Source of the DNA: an uncultured virus (IMG/VR IMGVR_UViG_3300036975_000183)
Lineage: Duplodnaviria > Heunggongvirae > Uroviricota > Caudoviricetes
Strand: one strand, 5' to 3'
DNA length: 20,000 nucleotides
IMG/VR virus record: IMGVR_UViG_3300036975_000183
Below are positions 6,510 through 14,656 of the stretch, in pieces. The notes under the pieces are model-generated. The model saw only the letters and a list, made by a program, of their open reading frames with translations, was not told the origin of the DNA and did not search any database. The position numbers and the translations under genes were made by a program. Each line of letters starts with the position of its first letter. Position 1 is the first letter of the stretch.

Positions 6510-9209
6510 TTAAACCTCGAATACCTTCAACACCTCGTCCCCGTAGTGGTTGATCACCTTAATCGCGATCTTGCCGGTCTCGGGTGCCGGGAACGGGCGG
6601 CTGGTCGTGCTGTACAGGCTGCTCCAGGCGTCCTCGTCGATCTCGGCCCGCAGCGCCCGCTTGAGCTTCTGATACGGCTCCTCCGCGCCGGTGAAGTACG
6701 CGTGCCGGACAAAGAAGCTCTCGCCGTTGTAGTTCGTGTCGATGAACCAGCAGGCGATATCGTCGGTGGACGACGAGCGGATCGCGCCCGTCGTCGGGTC
6801 GTACACGTCCACGCCCTTGATCTCGACCTCCAGCCACTCCGCGTCGCCCTCGGCCGGCGCGGCCACCCGCCGAATCTCGACATCCGGTTCGCCGAAGACC
6901 ATGAACAGGTTCCCCGCCCCGGTCTTCTTCAGCAGCTCGTCGCCCATCGCCAGGTCGGGGTTCATTTTCGTCGGCAGGACCGTCAGCTTGCCGTAGCGCT
7001 TCGCCTCTTCGCTCACGTGCGGATCGAAAGCGAAGCCACAGACGATCAGCACGTCGTAGCCGATGCCCTGCACGGCCTCCTTGGCGGCCTCCTTGACTTG
7101 ATTCGGCCCGACCGTCCCGTGCTCCGGGCCAAGCGAGACGGCCACGCGACGGACCTTGCCCTCGCCGTCGGTGTACTCGCCCGCCGCGTGCAGCCACCGC
7201 CCGGCCAGCGGCTCCAGCGTGTCGAACTTCAGCCGCTCGTTCTTGCGGGTGTTCTGCACGCCGGCCTTGCGCAGGTTTTCCAGGATCATCCGGGCGAAGT
7301 CCTGCTGCTTGCGGGCCTCCTGTTCGCTGACCGTGCCGTCGAAATCGTCATCCGCGGCGGGCAGCACGCGGTGTGGCGACAGGCTCTCCACCGTGAACGG
7401 CCCGCTCACGCGGACGCGCTTGTTGTCCACGTACGGCTGGTCGTACAGCAGCTCCTGTTCGGCGTGGCGGGCGATGGCAGCGTCGATCTGGGCCCGCGTC
7501 ATGCCCCCCTTGATGTCCGGGTTGTTGGCGATGCTCTTGAGCGTGACGTGCGGCACGCGCTTGTAGACGAAGCCCTTGCGGATGTCGCCCTCGGTCGCGT
7601 GCGGCGGCGGCCGTTGGCCGGTGATCTCGGCTTCCTTCTCGATGCCTTCGGGCGAGTCGGCCAGCAGGTAGTACGGGTAACGCGCAGCCATGATGCGTGT
7701 GCGCGCCAGCGCCAGCGCAACGCGCGAGGTGTCGATCGTGATCCACCGTCGGCCCCATTGCTCGGCGACGTAGGCAGTCGTGCCGCTCCCGCAGGTCGGG
7801 TCGAGCACAAGGTCGCCTGGGTCGGTGGTCATCAACAGACAGCGTTCGATGACCTTGGTGGACGTTTCAACGACGTAGCGTTTGTCGGACGCGAACCCAG
7901 CGACAACAGTATCACCCCAGATGTCACCGATCGGGAACGCCGGGAAGTCGTCGATGTAACGAACGTAGTAGAGGCCGGTCGTTGTCGCCGCGAGGCGCCG
8001 CGCGCATTTCAGCGAAGCCATGCCGGCTTCGTTCGTTTTCCATCGGCTCCGCTGGTTGGGACGCCACTCTTTGCCGTCGTGCTCAACAGGGAACCAGCAG
8101 GAGGCGCCCTCTCCCTTTTCGCGCCCAATGCTCTGGCTCTGCAGGTTATCCAAGCGGTAGACACGTGCGCCCGAGGGGATCACCGTTGGATTCGCTTTCT
8201 CGTCCGGGGTCATGCGACGGCGTGTTCCATCGCAAAGCTCAAGGAATGCGTATGGACCACCCGCCTCTGACGCGACGCTCTTCTCGCGGTATGGCTGCCG
8301 GAACTTCGTTGTCACCTTGTTCTTCGCGTAGAGCAACAAGAAATCTGACATGCCCCCGAGGAATTCGCGCGTTGAGCCACTCGTCTTGGCAAACGTTATG
8401 TTGGCGATGAAGTTCTCGACGCCGAACACTTCGTCCATGACAGACCGAACAAGGTGGACGTTTTCATCACCGATCTGCACGAAGATCGCACCTGTCTCGG
8501 TGAGCAGTTCACGGGCGACAACGAACCGGTCGCGCAGGTACGCCAAATAAGAGTGAATGCCGAGCTTCCAGGTGTCGCGAAACGCACGAATCTGTTCCGG
8601 CTCGCGCGTCGCATCCTCGACCTTGCCATCCTTCACGTCGCGTTTGCGCGTGCTGACCTGCCAGTTCGACGCGAACTTGATCCCGTATGGCGGGTCGAGG
8701 TAGATGCACTGGACCTTGCCCTTGAGGCCCTCCTTCTCGGCTAGGCTGGTCATGACCATCAGCGAGTCGCCAAGGATCATGCGGTTCGTCCAGCTCTGCT
8801 CGTGCTGGTAGAACTCGACGCGGTGGTCGAAGGCCTCGATGCCGTTGAAGTCGGCGAACAGATCAAGCTGCTGTGGTTCCGCCGCGGCCTCGTCCGCGCG
8901 TCGGCGGCGGGCTTCAGCGAGCAAATCGTCCACGATCGCCTGGGGGTGAATCTTCTCCTGGATGTAGACCGGTACGACCGGCACCGCCAGGTCGGCAGCG
9001 TCCTGCTGGTCCTTGCCCTTCCAGACAAGCTGCGGGTCGAGCGACGGATCGCGCGGGTAGAGCATCGTCTGTGGCGCCGCCTCGTCCTCAGCCACAAAGT
9101 CGCGCAGCTCCTCGGTCGGGATATTGGCGCGCTTGTCCTTGTGCTTGATCGCCTCGACCGACGCCGCTCGCTGGCCGTTGTTCTTTCGGGTCGTCTTCTT
9201 ACGTGCCAT
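6510..9209 (-). CDS. mod: Site-specific DNA adenine methyltransferase, Type III Mod-like (beta class, N6_N4_Mtase), 899 aa
   Basis: NRMILGDSL, catalytic motif IV YLDPPYG preceding SAM-binding motif I VLDPTCGSGTT, with a putative target-recognition region between them. Long C-terminal extension ending IAIKVINHYGDE. GAGGT SD. Confidence 0.93.
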   Translation of the reverse strand: MARKKTTRKNNGQRAASVEAIKHKDKRANIPTEELRDFVAEDEAAPQTMLYPRDPSLDPQLVWKGKDQQDAADLAVPVVPVYIQEKIHPQAIVDDLLAEARRRRADEAAAEPQQLDLFADFNGIEAFDHRVEFYQHEQSWTNRMILGDSLMVMTSLAEKEGLKGKVQCIYLDPPYGIKFASNWQVSTRKRDVKDGKVEDATREPEQIRAFRDTWKLGIHSYLAYLRDRFVVARELLTETGAIFVQIGDENVHLVRSVMDEVFGVENFIANITFAKTSGSTREFLGGMSDFLLLYAKNKVTTKFRQPYREKSVASEAGGPYAFLELCDGTRRRMTPDEKANPTVIPSGARVYRLDNLQSQSIGREKGEGASCWFPVEHDGKEWRPNQRSRWKTNEAGMASLKCARRLAATTTGLYYVRYIDDFPAFPIGDIWGDTVVAGFASDKRYVVETSTKVIERCLLMTTDPGDLVLDPTCGSGTTAYVAEQWGRRWITIDTSRVALALARTRIMAARYPYYLLADSPEGIEKEAEITGQRPPPHATEGDIRKGFVYKRVPHVTLKSIANNPDIKGGMTRAQIDAAIARHAEQELLYDQPYVDNKRVRVSGPFTVESLSPHRVLPAADDDFDGTVSEQEARKQQDFARMILENLRKAGVQNTRKNERLKFDTLEPLAGRWLHAAGEYTDGEGKVRRVAVSLGPEHGTVGPNQVKEAAKEAVQGIGYDVLIVCGFAFDPHVSEEAKRYGKLTVLPTKMNPDLAMGDELLKKTGAGNLFMVFGEPDVEIRRVAAPAEGDAEWLEVEIKGVDVYDPTTGAIRSSSTDDIACWFIDTNYNGESFFVRHAYFTGAEEPYQKLKRALRAEIDEDAWSSLYSTTSRPFPAPETGKIAIKVINHYGDEVLKVFEV

Positions 9210-9225
9210 CCGCTACCTCACGAGC

Positions 9226-10995
9226 TCATTCATCGAATGCTTCAATGGCGGCTTGCACCCGGGCCATGCACTTCTCGAACGCAGCCTTGCCCCACGTGGT
9301 GGAGTCCCAGAACGTCAGGAACCTGTGGTGGTGCCCGGTCTGCTTGAAGAACACGGAGACATCAACTGCTGACGCGCCTGCCCCGGCGTTGTGCCGGTAG
9401 TACCGCAGCATTACGTCGAATGCCGTGCCGATGGCCTCAGACAGATCACTGACCATCTCACGCTGGCGCTCCCACAATTGTCGAAACGCCCTGGCCTTAC
9501 GGGTAGCCCGCACCATAGGAGCCAGTCTGCTCCAGACGAAATGCAGCGTGTGCCACTGAGCATAGCGCAGTTCTCTGTCGCTGCGGGCACAATAGGCGAC
9601 CTCGCGCCTGAGCGCATAGCGAGCCAGGTAGAAGTTTGGGTCTGTGTTGGGAAACACCTTCGGGTACGAGCTTTCCTCGAACAGCTCTTCCTTTCCCTTG
9701 CGAACGATCGCCGGGTCCATTTCGCAGGCTGCGACGGCTTGCGCAATCTCGTCCTTCTTGATGGGGCGGTAGTGCTTGCCAGGCGCGCTGCGCCGGGCTT
9801 CGCCCTTGCTCTGACGCTTGCGGATGTAGAGGTAGCCGAGCTTGCGGAAGGACCGCTCCAGTTCGATCTGGATGCGGTCGTTCGACATGAGGTCGGACGC
9901 AGTGATTTTGTTCTGCCAGTTCGTGCCAGCGACGATCCGGGACACGAGCGCTTCGAAGCCATTGGAACCGCCATCGGGGCGGCGCGGCACGCGGATCACC
10001 TTGACCAGCACGCTGGCGTTACGCGCGTCGGTCGCGTGGGCGGCCAGCGTGCGGGTGGTCTGCTGACCGTTGATGATCTGTGGATTGCTGACCTGCAGAA
10101 TGTCCTTGCCCTGGCGGCTCTTCTTCTCGGCCTCGTCGCAGATGATCGTAATGCCGTTGTTGTAATAGAAGAACTTCCCGGGCTCGGATTTCAACGTGGC
10201 GACCATGTTGCGGTTCACGTCCGTGCCGGCCCCGAGGTAGCCACGGATGTTGCGGGCGAAGATGCGCGGCCCGGCGAAGTCGAACAGCGTGGCCACGGCA
10301 TCGCCGCACATGGAGAAGACCCAGGATTCAATCTTGTTCAGGTCGTCGTATCGCTGGGATACCCCATTGACGGTGACGTTCGCGCTCTTCTCCATCTCAA
10401 GATCGAGCGTGGGGATCGGGGGAGCCACGCCGTCGAGGTAATCGCGGAATAGCACCATTGCCCGCGCACCGTCGATGAATTCGACACGGGCGTCGCAGCG
10501 CGCCTTGCGGACGATCTGCTCGGCGTCCCTGCGGGTCGACGCGCTGAGTTTGCCAAGCGTCACAAAATACGTCATGACGCGGTAGTTTTGCTGGGTGACC
10601 CGCTTGCGGGCATCTTTGAGCAGGTTCGCGGAATACGGCTCCATGTTGGCAGTGAACTGCTGGAAGACCCGTGCGTCGCCGTTCCAGACCTGCGAGGCTG
10701 TACTGGCAAAGCTGATCACGTCGTCGCGTTTCTCGGTCGTGCTGGCGAGCTTCTTGCGGTACTTGGCCTGAACAAGAAAGACGACGCGCGCAGCATCGTC
10801 GATCAGCAAGCCGTCGATGCCTTTGTCCCTTGAGCCGCCCGCGACAGCCTCTGCTGCTCGTTCCTCGCTTTCGGTCACGTATGCGCGGAAGAACCAGAGA
10901 ACGAAACGGTCATCATCCGACAGGTTGGGGAACCGCGAGCCAATGTCCTCGATGGCCGCGTTGAGGTCCTGAAGCGTCAGCTTCTCGTGGTTCAT
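9226..10995 (-). CDS. AIPR family (abortive infection phage resistance) protein, 589 aa
   Basis: AIPR hallmarks IFARNIRGYLG, FFYYNNGITII, QIINGQQT and TNWQN. N-terminal DKGIDG...VQAKY PD-(D/E)xK-like motif. ATGA overlap with the res stop at 10992-10995. Confidence 0.9.
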   Translation of the reverse strand: MNHEKLTLQDLNAAIEDIGSRFPNLSDDDRFVLWFFRAYVTESEERAAEAVAGGSRDKGIDGLLIDDAARVVFLVQAKYRKKLASTTEKRDDVISFASTASQVWNGDARVFQQFTANMEPYSANLLKDARKRVTQQNYRVMTYFVTLGKLSASTRRDAEQIVRKARCDARVEFIDGARAMVLFRDYLDGVAPPIPTLDLEMEKSANVTVNGVSQRYDDLNKIESWVFSMCGDAVATLFDFAGPRIFARNIRGYLGAGTDVNRNMVATLKSEPGKFFYYNNGITIICDEAEKKSRQGKDILQVSNPQIINGQQTTRTLAAHATDARNASVLVKVIRVPRRPDGGSNGFEALVSRIVAGTNWQNKITASDLMSNDRIQIELERSFRKLGYLYIRKRQSKGEARRSAPGKHYRPIKKDEIAQAVAACEMDPAIVRKGKEELFEESSYPKVFPNTDPNFYLARYALRREVAYCARSDRELRYAQWHTLHFVWSRLAPMVRATRKARAFRQLWERQREMVSDLSEAIGTAFDVMLRYYRHNAGAGASAVDVSVFFKQTGHHHRFLTFWDSTTWGKAAFEKCMARVQAAIEAFDE

Positions 10996-13900
10996 ATGCT
11001 GGTCCCCATCTCAGCTCCCTGCGGCAGGTGGGCGCGGATGAGGTTGGCCGCATCCCACGGATCTGTCACTTCGAGAAATGTCCAGCGACCGAAGCCGCCG
11101 TGATTGTTGACGGCAGGCACCCAAAGCGTGCGGGCGGTCGAGACCTTGGCAGCCTTGTCCTTCTTCTGCTCCCCGGTGACCTCGATGATCAGGTTCAGCA
11201 GGTCACCAGGGCCCTGTCCATCCTCCACGTGGCACACAAAGTCCGGGACGTAATTCCTCTCCTCGCCGTTGATCGTGTAAGGGATCGTGAAGCCGAGGTT
11301 GTGGTTCTTCACGTAGCGAACGACCTCGGCCATGTCCTCCAGCGCCTGGGCGAGCTTCTGCTCCCACGATTCCGTGTCGGCGACGACGTGTGAGACGTGG
11401 CACTTGTCCGCCCTGGTCGTGTACACCGGGCGCGTCGTGTCGAAGTCGACGTAGCGCGTCGATCCCACCGTGTCGTACGGCCGCAGGATGGGCTTGAGGG
11501 CGGGAGTGCCGGGCTCGGCGCCCACGATCGCCTTGTAGATACGGTCAGCGGCGTCGTGGGCGAACTCGATCAGCAGCAGGAGCTGCGGAAAGGCCCGGTC
11601 CTTACAGGTCAGGCACGTCGCCAGCCACTCGCGCGTGATCTGCAGCAGTTGCGGGAACAGCCATTGCTTGGCGTTACCGTCGTCGTCGCGGAAATACTTC
11701 TCCAGAAGCAGCTTCGCGAGCAAAAAGGCGACCTCCTGGTCGCGGCGGCGCTTCAGATCGTCGAGCGTGTGGATGCTGCTTTCGCCGACGATCGGCGCGT
11801 TCTCGACCCGCGTCGGAATGTCGGCTGTGCTCAGCGCGAGTTTCGAGTCCTGCGTGAACGCGTATTTCAATCGCTCGCTGGTGACCTCGTAGCGGTACCC
11901 GGCCACGCGCGGGAAGGTGATTTCGCAGTCGATGCGCTCCTCGAGCGCCCGCACACGCGTCGGCAACGGACCCGGCGTGGGCTCCTTCGTCGATCCGCTG
12001 CACGGGATGAACGAGAACGGTACGCCGTAAACCTCGGCATACTCGGGTGGGAAGCCGGTGAACTCGGCCGTGTGATGCTGGTAGCTGATACGGATCGTTT
12101 CGGGGGCGTAGCTCATGCGACGCAATCCGCGCCCAACGACCTGTTCGCAAAGCAGTTGCGTTCCGAACGCCCGCACGCCGAGGATGTGCGTGACGGTGTT
12201 GGCGTCCCAGCCTTCCGTGAGCATCGAGACACTGACGACGCACTTGACGTGCTCGCCGAGCTTGCCCGGTTTGCCGACCGTGTTCATGACCTCGCGGAGC
12301 AGGTCCTCGTCGGTCAGATTGTCGGCGTCGCGGCCTGGGAACCGGGTTCGATACTCGTCCTTGAATTCCTCGATCTCGCGGGCGGCGATCTTCTTGAACG
12401 CGTCGCTCATTGCCTCGCCGGACTCGAGCTGCTCGCTGTCGACGAGGATCGTGTTCGGCCGCCGGAGCCAGCCGCCACGATCGTCGTCGTTGCGGAAGAT
12501 CGGCAGCGCGCCGGCCTGAACGACGGTCTGGTCACCGATCTTCTTCTCCCAGCCGGCGACGTAGTCGTACACGAGCTTGGAGACGTTCGTGTTGTTGCAG
12601 ACGACGATGAAGACGGGCGGCGTCAGGCCGCGGGCACGGGCCTCGGTGTTCTGCTCCCAGCGCTGGTAGGCCTTCTCATAGTTGCTGTAGAGGCTATGGA
12701 GCGCGCCCTGGAGCTCGGCCGGCAGCTTCGGTTCGCCGACGACGGCGGAGGTGCCGCGCCCTTTTCGCGGGAGGTCGTCGCGGATGCGGAGCCAAAGGTC
12801 GCGGTAGGTGGGCTGGTCGCCGGTCATCGAATCGTCCGCGACCGGGACGCGCGGGACCTTCACGATGCCGGACTCGATGGCGTCGATCAGCGAGAAGTCC
12901 GAGACGACCCAGGGGAACAACGTGCCCTCCGGGTAACCGGAGCCTCGGAGGAAGAACGGTGTGGCGGACAGGTCGTAGATCGCCTTCACGCCGATCTTGC
13001 GCTTCACCGCTTCGATGCCGTTGATCCAGATGCGAGCGTCTTCGTTACGTTTCTCTGCTTCCCGCCGATCTTCCTGACTGAGCTTCACGTCCTCACCGTC
13101 CGGGCGGCGGCGGTAGCAGTGATGCGCCTCGTCGTTGATAACGAGGATGTTCTTCTTGTTGCCGAGCCCGCGACAGACTCGGCGGACCATCTCGTCGGGC
13201 GTCTCGGTGAATCGAGTACCGTCGCCCTCGGACAGGATCGCCTTGGTGAGCTTGCCGGCGGCGACCTTCTCGCGAGCCTTGAAGGCGTGGTAGTTGGTGA
13301 TGAGGATCTTCGCCTGCGAGAGCTGGCTGAGCAGTTCCGGACTGAGCACGTCACGCTGGCGGTAGTAGTTGTCCGGGTCGCTCGGGAGTAGCACACGCAG
13401 CCGGTCGCGAATCGTGATGCCAGGCGTGACGATCAGGAACGTGTCCGAGAAGCGGGCGTCCTGGGCGTTTGCGAACTTGTTCAGGGCCTGCCACGCCATC
13501 AACATGGCCATTACGACCGTCTTACCCGCGCCCGTAGCGAGCTTCAGCGCCAGCCGCGGCAGGCCGGGGTTGGCCTGGTCGTTGGCGTCGCGCAGGTCGT
13601 TCTCGATCCACGAGTCGCCGTATTTCCGGGCAACCTCGGTGATGTAGATCGCCGTCTCGACGGCCTCGATTTGGCAGAAGAACAGCTTCCGCTCGCGATC
13701 CGGCCGGGTCCAGTGGGCGAGCAGGCGCTTCGTCGTCGAGGTCACGCCGACGTGGCCGCCATCACGCCACAGCCCCACTCGCTGGCGGACTCGGTTGACC
13801 GCTTTGTTCTCCTCGACGCGATCCTGTGTCCACTCGGTGTCAAAGATGAGCTGCTTGCCGCGTTTCCGGGGCTTGGCGATCGGGATGAAGTAGGCACTGC

Positions 13901-14015
13901 TGCGGCGTTCGCCCACGACGACGTTCGTGATTCCTTCGTCGTCGAACCGGAAGTGACGACCAGGTTCCGCGAAGGGCGAGTTCAGAACTGGGTTTTCGAT
14001 TACGACCTGAGCCAT
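10992..14015 (-). CDS. res: Type III restriction endonuclease Res-like subunit (SF2 helicase-type ATPase plus C-terminal nuclease; BPTD_3080-like), 1007 aa
   Basis: FFCQIEAVET Q-motif region, Walker A LATGAGKT, Walker B INDEAHH, DLSATP, MLTEGWD, EQVVGRGLRR and C-terminal YVPDF...IIEVTG. Co-operonic with a Mod-like MTase. Confidence 0.92.
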   Translation of the reverse strand: MAQVVIENPVLNSPFAEPGRHFRFDDEGITNVVVGERRSSAYFIPIAKPRKRGKQLIFDTEWTQDRVEENKAVNRVRQRVGLWRDGGHVGVTSTTKRLLAHWTRPDRERKLFFCQIEAVETAIYITEVARKYGDSWIENDLRDANDQANPGLPRLALKLATGAGKTVVMAMLMAWQALNKFANAQDARFSDTFLIVTPGITIRDRLRVLLPSDPDNYYRQRDVLSPELLSQLSQAKILITNYHAFKAREKVAAGKLTKAILSEGDGTRFTETPDEMVRRVCRGLGNKKNILVINDEAHHCYRRRPDGEDVKLSQEDRREAEKRNEDARIWINGIEAVKRKIGVKAIYDLSATPFFLRGSGYPEGTLFPWVVSDFSLIDAIESGIVKVPRVPVADDSMTGDQPTYRDLWLRIRDDLPRKGRGTSAVVGEPKLPAELQGALHSLYSNYEKAYQRWEQNTEARARGLTPPVFIVVCNNTNVSKLVYDYVAGWEKKIGDQTVVQAGALPIFRNDDDRGGWLRRPNTILVDSEQLESGEAMSDAFKKIAAREIEEFKDEYRTRFPGRDADNLTDEDLLREVMNTVGKPGKLGEHVKCVVSVSMLTEGWDANTVTHILGVRAFGTQLLCEQVVGRGLRRMSYAPETIRISYQHHTAEFTGFPPEYAEVYGVPFSFIPCSGSTKEPTPGPLPTRVRALEERIDCEITFPRVAGYRYEVTSERLKYAFTQDSKLALSTADIPTRVENAPIVGESSIHTLDDLKRRRDQEVAFLLAKLLLEKYFRDDDGNAKQWLFPQLLQITREWLATCLTCKDRAFPQLLLLIEFAHDAADRIYKAIVGAEPGTPALKPILRPYDTVGSTRYVDFDTTRPVYTTRADKCHVSHVVADTESWEQKLAQALEDMAEVVRYVKNHNLGFTIPYTINGEERNYVPDFVCHVEDGQGPGDLLNLIIEVTGEQKKDKAAKVSTARTLWVPAVNNHGGFGRWTFLEVTDPWDAANLIRAHLPQGAEMGTSI

Positions 14016-14166
14016 TCGGTGCGTTCCCCGGGCACGTAACGAGCGCTCCAGATCTGGGCTCTAACTGAGAGAAACCGAACGCGAGCCTCCAGCCGCACGC
14101 TCAACCCACCCGTCCTTGGTCAACGGGCTGTTATTCGAACACACTCAGAAACGAGACCTGCGGCCG

Positions 14167-14195
14167 AGAATACGCCGCCGGAGGAATGAGGGCAA
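14167..14195 (-). promoter_or_regulatory. Putative sigma70-type promoter for res-AIPR-mod
   Basis: Minus strand reads TTGCCC (14195-14190), 17-bp spacer, TATTCT (14172-14167), about 150 bp upstream of the res ATG. Confidence 0.5.
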
Positions 14196-14276
14196 GGTGC
14201 CGATGCCCGCCGAAGACGACGACCCGGCCGCTCGATGCGTCGGGACTGCGCACGCCGGCGAATCCGAAGGATCGAG

Positions 14277-14319
14277 AAAAAAAAACGCCCTTGCGGCCGG
14301 TGGATCGGCTCGCTATAGT
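14277..14319 (+). promoter_or_regulatory. Putative sigma70-type promoter with A-tract UP-like element for the Rhs gene
   Basis: A9 tract (14277-14285), TTGCGG (14291-14296), 17-bp spacer, TATAGT (14314-14319). Conspicuous in GC-rich DNA. Confidence 0.6.
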
Positions 14320-14656
14320 CCCCGTCGAAGTCTGGGAAGTGGGGCACGGGGAGCCCAGCAGCGTAGTAACGTGGGGGGGCGCGGTGCGTGCCGGTGCATG
14401 TATCCGCGGCACCAGTGAGGCATGACGCGCTGGCGTCGTTGGCTCGGCCCCGTCGGGTTCCCGAGCAGCGGCTTTGGTTGGCGTGCAGGTGGTTTGGGGC
14501 CTCGTGTGGGGCAATCCAAGAGGAACTGCGAACGTCGGAGCCGAGCGCAAGCTGTGCGTGAGCGCGATGCGATGTCGTGTGCACGGTCTGCTGGGACCCG
14601 CATTGCGGCCGGCTCGATCCGGTTGGGGCGAAGATGATCGGCAAAGGAGAGATTCC

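Noticed and set aside
11397..13391. 664-aa plus-strand ORF (likewise 6546-8270 and 9391-10452)
   Set aside because: Antisense shadows of res, mod and AIPR, expected from high GC3 codon bias.
14116..14135. GTCAACGGGCTGTTA resembling an IS5/IS1182-like terminal inverted repeat
   Set aside because: Only a partial match from memory, with no partner repeat, transposase or target duplication. At most a scar.
14500..14600. Possible c-di-GMP-I riboswitch in the Rhs leader (GGGCAA...GCGCAAGC)
   Set aside because: It lacks the GCAAACC/GAAA tetraloop and GACGCAAAGC spacing. An Infernal search would be needed.
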